Shown here: positions 56,686-64,000 of the stretch, piece after piece
How the letters are laid out: each line of letters opens with the position of its first letter
How positions within the stretch are numbered: position 1 is the first letter of the stretch
DNA from: Candidatus Undinarchaeota archaeon
Lineage (GTDB): Archaea > SpSt-1190 > JASMDC01
DNA length: 64,000 nucleotides
Reading direction: 5' to 3'
Assembly: GCA_964519305.1 (NCBI GenBank)
Contig: CAZFHY010000013.1
Coordinates: 52,153-116,152, forward strand
Position numbers and translations under genes: made by a program
Notes under the pieces: generated by a model
Database searches by the model: none
What the model saw: the letters and a program-made list of their open reading frames with translations, nothing else
Told to the model about the DNA's origin: nothing

Positions 56686-58949
56686 TATCGTTCCCTCCCG
56701 GCATTGGCGACGGCCACCTGACCCAGACTGATACCCCCGTCGTTCGGGGGGACGAGCTTGTGAAGAATGGGAGTGAACCCATTCTTCTCCAGCCTCGTGC
56801 AGAGCAGGTCGGTAAGGAGGGCGTTCTGGAACACGCCCCCGCTGAGCACGACCCTGTCAAGGCCCTCGTCATCCCGTATCATGCAGCACATCTCCGTTGC
56901 GAGCTCCGCCATGGTCACATGGAACCTTGACGCCATGGTCGTTGAAGGCACGCTATTTTTAAGGTCTTCGAGTAGGTCCGTGATTATCGGTCCGGTATCG
57001 ACGACTGTGGCTCCGTTGCGGTCAATGAGCTCGTAGCCGTACGAGCCCTCGACGTCCGGCCGAGCGATGTTCTCGAGCTCGATCGCCGCCTGGCCGTCGA
57101 ACGTCACGGTCTGTCGCAATCCTATCAGTGAGGCCACAGCATCGAACAGCCGACCGCAGCTCGAGGTAAGGGGCGCATTGAGCCCCCGCTTCAGCTGTGC
57201 GACCATGAGCTCGTTCACATTGTCGTCCCTCGCTCCGAGGAAGGTCACGTCCTTGTCGAGGAGCTCCTCACCGAACACGCTGTACAGATGGCTGAACGCC
57301 ATCCTCCACGGGTTCTTTATGGCGGACTCGCCACCTGGCATCATCACGTTCGCCAGATGACCCTTCCGCTCGAACCTATCCAATCCGGCTGTGAGGAACT
57401 CGCCGCCCCAGATGGTCCCATCCGGGCCATATCCCGTACCGTCGAAGGCGAGGCCGATAACTCGGCCATCCAGGCGATGCTCGGCCATGCAGCTGGCGAT
57501 ATGTGCGTGGTGGTGCTGGACGGCGATCCGCGGGATGTCCTGTTCATGGGCGTAGCGTGTTGAGAAGTAATCGGGGTGGAGATCGTGGGCGATAATCTCG
57601 GGTGTAATCCTGAACAGCGTCTTGCACTGTTCGATCATCTCCCGGTAAGCGTCGAACGTCGGTGCGTTCTCAAGATCGCCGATATGCTGGCTGAGGAACG
57701 CGTAATATCCCTTTGCCAGGCAGAAGGTGTTCTTGAGGTCCGCACCGCAGGCCAGTGTCCTTTGGAGGTCGAGCGACAGCCGTACGGGGAATGGGGCATA
57801 CCCCCTCGAGCGCCTCACCAGCACCTCCTGTCCCCGCATCACTCTCGTCACCGAATCGTCGCACTTCGAGCGGATGTCCCGTTCATGGGAGAGGATAGCA
57901 TCGGCGACATCGAGCTCGCCCCGAGCCTCTTCATTGTCCGAGAGGATGGGGTTACCGCCACGATTACCGCTGGTCATCACAAGGGCCTGAAGGGTCGTGT
58001 CGAGCAGAAGGTAATGGAGCGGAGTGTAGGGGAGCATTACTCCCAGATACCTGTTACCGGGCGCGATATGCTCTGAGATATGCGCACTCTCCCTCTTCCT
58101 CAATAGCACGATCGGCCGCAGGGGGCTGGTGAGCAGGCGCTCTTCCTCCTCGTCCATATGGCAGTATTCCCTGATCCGTTCCAGTGAATGCGACATCAGC
58201 GCAAAGGGCTTGTCCTCCCTGTACTTCCAATCACGGATCCGCGCAACTGCCTTGTCATCGTTTGCATTGCACGCTAGATGGAAACCGCCCAGACCCTTGA
58301 TGCCGAGCACCTTGCCCGACTCTAGGAGCCCGATGGCCTGAGGGATCGGGCGTTCCCACTCGGTCCGGCCACCTTCCTCCAAGAACACCCGTGGGCCGCA
58401 AACCGGGCACCCGTTGGGCTGGGCGTGGAACCTCCGGTCCAAGGGATCGGTATACTCCTTCATGCACGAGGGGCACATCTTGAAGGGGTGCATCGTGGTC
58501 AAAGGCCGGTCATAGGGCATGTCGTCGATTATGGTGAACCGCGGCCCACAGTTCGTACACGTGATGAACGGGTACTGGAACCTGCGGTCGTTCTTGTCAC
58601 GTAGCTCGTCCAGGCACTCGTCACACACAGAGACGTCCGAGGCCACGAAAGTGTAGATCCCCTCTCCCTCGTCCTGGCTCTTACGTATCTCGAACGAGCT
58701 GTATCCCTTCGGTTCGTTGAAGGTCACCTGTAGCCCTTCGATCCTCGCGATCGGTGGCGCTTGACCTTTCACTGACGATACGAACTCCTTGAGGGCGCTG
58801 TCCTCGCCCTCTACCTCGATTACGACCCCTGTTGATGAGTTGAGGACCCAGCCTGACAGGTCATGCTGATGAGCGAGCCGGTACACAAAGGGCCTGAAGC
58901 CGACCCCCTGGACCACGCCCTCGATCACGAGACGGGCCCCCTGGTACAT
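56685..58949 (-). CDS. hypF: Carbamoyltransferase
   Basis: VQGVGFRP, zinc fingers, KGLGGFHL, QHHHAH, PPNDGG. Confidence 0.95.
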   Translation of the reverse strand: MYQGARLVIEGVVQGVGFRPFVYRLAHQHDLSGWVLNSSTGVVIEVEGEDSALKEFVSSVKGQAPPIARIEGLQVTFNEPKGYSSFEIRKSQDEGEGIYTFVASDVSVCDECLDELRDKNDRRFQYPFITCTNCGPRFTIIDDMPYDRPLTTMHPFKMCPSCMKEYTDPLDRRFHAQPNGCPVCGPRVFLEEGGRTEWERPIPQAIGLLESGKVLGIKGLGGFHLACNANDDKAVARIRDWKYREDKPFALMSHSLERIREYCHMDEEEERLLTSPLRPIVLLRKRESAHISEHIAPGNRYLGVMLPYTPLHYLLLDTTLQALVMTSGNRGGNPILSDNEEARGELDVADAILSHERDIRSKCDDSVTRVMRGQEVLVRRSRGYAPFPVRLSLDLQRTLACGADLKNTFCLAKGYYAFLSQHIGDLENAPTFDAYREMIEQCKTLFRITPEIIAHDLHPDYFSTRYAHEQDIPRIAVQHHHAHIASCMAEHRLDGRVIGLAFDGTGYGPDGTIWGGEFLTAGLDRFERKGHLANVMMPGGESAIKNPWRMAFSHLYSVFGEELLDKDVTFLGARDDNVNELMVAQLKRGLNAPLTSSCGRLFDAVASLIGLRQTVTFDGQAAIELENIARPDVEGSYGYELIDRNGATVVDTGPIITDLLEDLKNSVPSTTMASRFHVTMAELATEMCCMIRDDEGLDRVVLSGGVFQNALLTDLLCTRLEKNGFTPILHKLVPPNDGGISLGQVAVANAGRER

Positions 58950-59045
58950 CGTGGGCTGTTCGGAAGGGGAATTTAAGTACCTTCTGAAAGTGCCGGGCGT
59001 CCCATCCCACCACCCTGCCCCTCCATTTTTCTTTCTTTCGATTCA

Positions 59046-59702
59046 ATGAACCAATCAATGGAGCGGAGCATGTTCACGTCTGCTGCGGTCCTGGCCGGCG
59101 GCCAGTCCCGCCGTATGGGATTCGATAAATCGCAGCTACGTATCAGGGGAAGACCGCTCCTCGACAATATAATCGAACAGCTCGAGACAAGGTTCGATCG
59201 GATAGTCGTCGTCGCGGACCGGGAAAAGGACCTGGTCGGGCGCCCGGACGTAGAGGTCATGTACGACCTCGTCCCGGGAATGGGACCCCTCGCCGGGCTC
59301 TACACCGCTCTGAAGCATTTCCGGGAGGGATTCGTGTTCCTCACGGCGTGTGACATGCCCGTAGTGGACGTTGGTTTCATCGACCGGATGAAGGAAGCGT
59401 ACCGCTCCCGGGAGGAGGACACGTGTGACGCCATTCTGGGAAAGCATACCGGGGCGGACATGATCGAGCCGTTCCATGCCTTCTACTCGTGCGGGCTGGT
59501 ACCCGAGATCGAGCGCCTTCTGAAGGTCGGGGAAGGGAGCGAGCCGCGCAGGCTCTCCTTCCGTTCTCTTCTGCATGACAGGGATACGCTGTTCGTCGAT
59601 ATGGAGGATGCTGGTTTCTCCCTCAACCTCAACAACCAGGCCGACGTGGATACATTTATCAAATCGAACCAGGAGCACGAAGAGCGATGCAACCGTCCAT
59701 AG
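59046..59702 (+). CDS. mobA: Molybdenum cofactor guanylyltransferase
   Basis: LAGGQSRRMG.DK, GPLAG, ACDMP. Confidence 0.88.
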   Translation: MNQSMERSMFTSAAVLAGGQSRRMGFDKSQLRIRGRPLLDNIIEQLETRFDRIVVVADREKDLVGRPDVEVMYDLVPGMGPLAGLYTALKHFREGFVFLTACDMPVVDVGFIDRMKEAYRSREEDTCDAILGKHTGADMIEPFHAFYSCGLVPEIERLLKVGEGSEPRRLSFRSLLHDRDTLFVDMEDAGFSLNLNNQADVDTFIKSNQEHEERCNRP

Positions 59703-60499
59703 TCACCGAGGTCAGTGCGGTCCAGATCAAGGAGGGGAAATCCACATCCATCAGCGATCCGGTCGTCCTGGAGTATCCGTTCACACTCCACATCAACGGC
59801 GAACAGTACGTTACGCTGGTGTGCAGCCCCCAGCACTTGGAGGAGCTGGTCTACGGCCTGCTGTTCAGTGACAACATCATCCAAGGCATGGAGGACGTGG
59901 ACGACCTTTCGGTGGTACACGACAAGGGATTGGCGCGGATCCAACTAAAGGACCTCCTCGACGACAGGAAGAAGCACAGGGGAAGGCGTGTGATCACCTC
60001 CGGCTGCGGTAAGAGCACGGTGTTCTACAACGTCGAGGACCTGGTCACCCAGAGACCAGTGCGCTCAACAATGACGGTCACGCCCGAAGTCATCCAGGAG
60101 CTCATGAAGGTTTTCGACAAGTCGTCCGGGACCTACTTTTCCACAGGCGGCACCCACTCCTGTGCCATCTGCAAGGAGGACGCTATTCTGTTCTTTGCCA
60201 GTGATATCGGTAGGCACAACGCCCTGGACAAGTGCGTGGGCTACCTTCTCAAGAACACGATAGAGTCAAAGGAATGCTACATTGTGTCCTCGGGCAGGCT
60301 CTCTTCAGAGATGGTCTACAAGTGCATGCGCGCCGGAATAGGAATCGTGGCCTCACGCTCCGCCACCACGAAGCTCGCCATTGAAGTGGCCGATCAGCTG
60401 GGAATAACCCTCATAGGTTTCGTGAGGGGCCGCAGGATGAACGTTTACACACATCCAGAAAGGATCCGTCCTGAAGGGACAGTACAGGAAGGGCGTTGA
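59687..60499 (+). CDS. fdhD: Formate dehydrogenase accessory sulfurtransferase
   Basis: SGCG, TGGTH, DIGRHNALDK, SGRLSSEM, GFVRG. Confidence 0.92.
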   Translation: MQPSIVTEVSAVQIKEGKSTSISDPVVLEYPFTLHINGEQYVTLVCSPQHLEELVYGLLFSDNIIQGMEDVDDLSVVHDKGLARIQLKDLLDDRKKHRGRRVITSGCGKSTVFYNVEDLVTQRPVRSTMTVTPEVIQELMKVFDKSSGTYFSTGGTHSCAICKEDAILFFASDIGRHNALDKCVGYLLKNTIESKECYIVSSGRLSSEMVYKCMRAGIGIVASRSATTKLAIEVADQLGITLIGFVRGRRMNVYTHPERIRPEGTVQEGR

Positions 60500-60504
60500 T
60501 AGAC

Positions 60505-61245
60505 CTAGAGCTCTTTGACCTTCTTGTCCAGTTCCAAGGAGAACAGGTCGTGCTTGTCGATTATGTCGTTAAGGCTCTTCTTGTCGGTCTTCCGGTACTC
60601 TCTCTCATCCAGGTAAGCGTGGTCCAACTTGACCTGTAGCACTCCCTGTCCGTCATCACGCTTCCGTTGGAAGGAAACGGAGGAGAACGGGAGAATCTTT
60701 GTACCGGTCGAGAATGCCCTCTCGTTGATGACCCACACGCCCGTGGCATAGTGTAGCTCTTCAGCGCTGTCCATGGCGGACACTATCTCGCCCCACCGCT
60801 TATGGTCAGTGTACAGGGAATTGCCCTTCGTCTCGGAGGCAGATGGATTATAGTTCACCTGAGTGTTCCACTCGGTAATCCTGAGCTCCGGATCGCTCTC
60901 CATGCTGAATGAATAGGAATTGTCGTTGGCCGTGCCCTTGGCCTCGACGCCGTATAGTATGGCCCTTCCGTCTGAGAAACCGTCCCGGAACCGTGAAAGG
61001 TTCTTGGAGGCGTAGTCACGGGCCTCGTCCTCACCGGTGACCCAGCGATGTCGCTCCTCGGCCAGGGAATAGGAGGGAAAGAGCCCCATTAGCCCACGTT
61101 CGACATCGAAAGTGTAGCGGTGCTGGAACTCGCCGTCCTTCTGGACGGTAAGGAACAGGCGCTCCTCCCGTCGTCCGAGTAGGCCGTGCTTGTAGGTGGC
61201 TTCCAGTTTCACCTCACTTCCATCCTCGAGCTCGTAGGTCTCCAT
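60505..61245 (-). CDS. Hypothetical protein
   Basis: 246-aa ORF with BRE/TATA (GAAAGGTTTATAT) upstream. Confidence 0.6.
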   Translation of the reverse strand: METYELEDGSEVKLEATYKHGLLGRREERLFLTVQKDGEFQHRYTFDVERGLMGLFPSYSLAEERHRWVTGEDEARDYASKNLSRFRDGFSDGRAILYGVEAKGTANDNSYSFSMESDPELRITEWNTQVNYNPSASETKGNSLYTDHKRWGEIVSAMDSAEELHYATGVWVINERAFSTGTKILPFSSVSFQRKRDDGQGVLQVKLDHAYLDEREYRKTDKKSLNDIIDKHDLFSLELDKKVKEL

Positions 61246-61336
61246 GACTAATCCCTGTGGTTATATGGCGCGCTTTGGCCGCGATATAAACCTTTCCCTC
61301 AACACGGGAAATGATTGCGCTTTCTAGCAATAGGTC

Positions 61337-62230
61337 CTAGAGACCGAAGAACCGTCGAGCGTTCGCGACCGTGACTCCGGCCACTTCCTGCTGTGATACT
61401 CCGTGGGTCGAGGCGATGGCAGCTATTGCGTACGATACGTTCACCGGCTCGTTCACGGGCTCTAGCCTCGTCGGATGCTGGTACGGAGCATCGGTCTCCG
61501 TGACCAGTGCTTCGAGCGGGACATCTGCGGTGATGCGCCTCCAACGTTTGAACCGAAAAGCAGAGCTTGGGACCGATAGAGTGAAGCCTGCTTCTGCTAA
61601 ATGAGAACCATGTTCGTGTGGACCTGCAAAGCAATGCCACATGACGCGTTCCGGATGTATTGCATATTTGTCTAAAAGTTCTAGGATGGTGTTCACGGCC
61701 CCGTCCCTTTCGTTATAGATGTGTTCTGGGCGTTCTTTGTCCAAATCTCGTGCTGAGGCATTGCGGACATGGAGCACGTATGGTTTCCCCAGAGGTTTCG
61801 TGAGCTTGAGCACCCATTCAAGCTCAGTTACTTGTCGCTCTCGCGCTTGTAGGGTATTAGCGTGATGGAAATCGAGCCCCACCTCCCCGATCGCCAGGAA
61901 CTCCTCCGGATTTGCCAGCACATATCGCTCCCATTCTTTGCGTTGCTCCAGATAGATCGCTGGATCACTGTATGTTACCCTCTGAGGCGCCCATCCACAA
62001 GTGAATCCCATTTGATCTTGTCCGCTGGTGATCTCGCGAACGGCATGGAGCGACGGCATGTCCGTGCTGCTCGTGATGAGATATCTGCCACCCGCAGCGA
62101 AGAACCGTTCGATCTGTTCTGAATATGGCGGGAGTGACGGGTCCCTTCGTCCGAGCCATGGTAGATGGCAATGGACGTCTATGAAAGCTAGCCCATTCTC
62201 CGGTTCCGGCGGGAGCTTCCTGATTGACAT
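61337..62230 (-). CDS. TatD-family hydrolase
   Basis: IDVHCHL, IGEVGLD, LHVR, HCF, ETDAPY. Confidence 0.9.
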   Translation of the reverse strand: MSIRKLPPEPENGLAFIDVHCHLPWLGRRDPSLPPYSEQIERFFAAGGRYLITSSTDMPSLHAVREITSGQDQMGFTCGWAPQRVTYSDPAIYLEQRKEWERYVLANPEEFLAIGEVGLDFHHANTLQARERQVTELEWVLKLTKPLGKPYVLHVRNASARDLDKERPEHIYNERDGAVNTILELLDKYAIHPERVMWHCFAGPHEHGSHLAEAGFTLSVPSSAFRFKRWRRITADVPLEALVTETDAPYQHPTRLEPVNEPVNVSYAIAAIASTHGVSQQEVAGVTVANARRFFGL

Positions 62231-62300
62231 CTCTATTGGTCACTGTCCCCGTTCCGTTATAAATACGACCGCGATTGTCCGAAACCTTTAAATAGTTGTT

Positions 62301-62316
62301 ACTACTATTTAGTAGT
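62301..62316. promoter_or_regulatory. Palindromic operator-like site downstream of TATA
   Basis: ACTACTATTTAGTAGT, 6 bp after TTTAAATA (62287-62294). Confidence 0.65.
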
Positions 62317-62329
62317 GAAGGTTGTCCAC

Positions 62330-63319
62330 ATGTACGATGCTGCTCCCGCACCGGACGCTGGCGATGCCTACACTGAGCGTGTGTATGGTCTGGTTCGCGA
62401 CCTTGGGGCCAAGGATAAGGAGCTAGCGGACGATCTGGCATACCTTCACAAGGACGGCCTGAAGCCCGAGGACCTCACGGAGCTCAAAGGCAAGGCCGAC
62501 GGTTACCGCACCTTCTCCTCATACCTCAAGGACGACCTTGAGGGCGATATCACCTCCCTAATGTCAGAAAAGAAGGCCGCCCGTGACAAGCAGTACGGCA
62601 GCCAGATGAGCCAGGATGAGATCGACGCGGCCTACGAGCTCATGTGTGATATCGACGGTGGTAACCGAACCCTCAAACTCCATGAGTGGGAGCGCAAGGA
62701 CGGTTCTAAAGGATCCCGCCGTGGGTACACCGAGAACGCCATGCTCCGCTCACTGGGCTTCGACACATTCCAGAAGAAGTTCGGTGAATCCTCACATCGC
62801 GACGACACTCTCTCACGCATCGACGGCTATCTTAACGAGCTGGACAAGTTCGAGATCCCCGCCCAGGGTCCTTCCTACTGGGAGCGCCTTGGCGAGTACG
62901 GGGAGAAGTTCCTCGATTGGGGCAAGGCCGCCTACGAGTCGGGCAAGGACATTGCCGTCAAGGGCTACCATATCGCTGCTGACGGCCTCGAGAAGGGCTA
63001 CGCGATCGCCAAGGACGCTGCCATCAAGGGCTACCATCTTGCTGGCGAAGGCCTCTCCAAAGGCTGGGAGGCCACGAAGCGGGGTGCAAAAGCCTTCGGT
63101 GAAGGCGTCGAGTCCACAATAGCTCGTATAGGTGCCTCCTACAAGACGGATTCGGCCGCACGCGCACGTGATCTTCTCGAGTACAACAAGACCATGGGCG
63201 AGGCCCGTGACTCACTCTTCATCGGTATACTCCAGAACAAGGCGAAGATGCAGTCCGAAGTGAACCGCATCGAAAAAGAGACCGGAGGGGCCATCGACAA
63301 CCTGTTCGCCTGGGCCTAA
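62330..63319 (+). CDS. Hypothetical protein with 11-mer amphipathic repeats
   Basis: KGYHIAADGLE/KGYAIAKDAAI/KGYHLAGEGLS/KGWEATKRGAK; C-terminal domain shared with next gene. Confidence 0.7.
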   Translation: MYDAAPAPDAGDAYTERVYGLVRDLGAKDKELADDLAYLHKDGLKPEDLTELKGKADGYRTFSSYLKDDLEGDITSLMSEKKAARDKQYGSQMSQDEIDAAYELMCDIDGGNRTLKLHEWERKDGSKGSRRGYTENAMLRSLGFDTFQKKFGESSHRDDTLSRIDGYLNELDKFEIPAQGPSYWERLGEYGEKFLDWGKAAYESGKDIAVKGYHIAADGLEKGYAIAKDAAIKGYHLAGEGLSKGWEATKRGAKAFGEGVESTIARIGASYKTDSAARARDLLEYNKTMGEARDSLFIGILQNKAKMQSEVNRIEKETGGAIDNLFAWA

Positions 63320-63405
63320 GACCCCTAATCCCACCCCATCGGCCGGGAAACGCATCACCAGAACCAGCCATAGCGCACGAAAAAAGGAAATCTTTATATA
63401 CCTTC

Positions 63406-63421
63406 ACTACTATATAGTAGT
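63406..63421. promoter_or_regulatory. Perfect 16-bp palindrome downstream of TATA
   Basis: ACTACTATATAGTAGT, 5 bp after TTTATATA (63393-63400). Confidence 0.7.
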
Positions 63422-63434
63422 AAACTGGTGATGA

Positions 63435-64000
63435 ATGATGATCGAAGGTATTGACAAGGACGGCGGCGAGTGCAGGGCCCTGGTGCCCTACACCGGCGGC
63501 AAGGAGATAACACCTTACGCCGAGGCCGGTCTTCCTGTTTCATATTCACTCAACGGAAAGGAGCTCTCTCCCTACGCCAAGGGTGGCGAGCTGGTCCTTT
63601 CCGAGGACGGGAGGGGCGCTAAGGGTTCCTACTCCGTCCCCTCGGGCTCATACAGCGACAACGCTGCCGAGCTCAGCTACCTCCTGGCCGGCGAGAACCC
63701 TCATGAGCAGAATCCGCAGGAGACCGCTGAACGGAATGCGAAGCTCGGTAAGTACTGGGAGGGTGCCAAGGAGTTCGGAAAGGGTGCCCTCGACCTCGGC
63801 GGTCGCGCCGTCAAGGGCGTCGGGAACGCCATCGAGAGCGGAATCGGCTACGCGGGCGCCACCTACAAGAAGGATTCCGCATCACGCGCTCAAGATCTCT
63901 ACCAGACATCTAAGACACTCGGCGAGGCCCGAGATGTCTACTACCAGGGCATTCTTCAGAACAAGGCGAAGATGCAGAGCACCATCAACCAGATCGAGGA
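63435..64000 (+). CDS. Paralog of 62330..63319 (3'-partial, absent from ORF track)
   Basis: Hand translation MMIEGIDKD...GATYKKDSASRAQDL..GEARD..GILQNKAKMQS matches GASYKTDSAARARDL..GEARD..GILQNKAKMQS. Confidence 0.75.
   Translation, partial: MMIEGIDKDGGECRALVPYTGGKEITPYAEAGLPVSYSLNGKELSPYAKGGELVLSEDGRGAKGSYSVPSGSYSDNAAELSYLLAGENPHEQNPQETAERNAKLGKYWEGAKEFGKGALDLGGRAVKGVGNAIESGIGYAGATYKKDSASRAQDLYQTSKTLGEARDVYYQGILQNKAKMQSTINQIE

Overview
GC-rich archaeal genomic window (AglB, TATA/BRE-type promoters, GGTGA/GGAGG ribosome sites). From left to right it holds an N-glycosylation cluster (aglB 3' part, AglH-like transferase, B12-radical SAM, GT-C-like protein) and an unusual surface-Ig/Fe-S membrane fusion protein. 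Next is an AT-rich inserted amino-acid permease that truncates a neighbouring gene, then a probable nucleobase-catabolism trio (ssnA-like, DHODH/PreA-like, cytosine deaminase-like). A ~43-kb hydrogen/redox region follows. It contains a 13.7-kb operon (hdrA, a second hdrA split in two by an inserted NuoE/NuoF/NuoG-like HydABC/Bfu-type module, flxDCBA, mvhDGA, protease; no hdrBC), a MinD-Fe-S/NifX/Mrp/IscU cluster, a NikR-controlled Ni/Co ECF transporter, a group 3b [NiFe]-hydrogenase, hypFCDEBA and mobA-fdhD. The window ends with two paralogous orphan genes sharing a palindromic operator. The top candidate for a new system is the HdrA::HydBC chimera, which joins two flavin-bifurcation chemistries. 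Other notable signals are a 28-bp direct-repeat-flanked cassette at the nikR stop codon and a recurrent TTAAC-N2-GTTAA promoter motif. All calls come from motif recognition by eye, with no database search. No rRNA, tRNA, CRISPR array or transposase was recognised.
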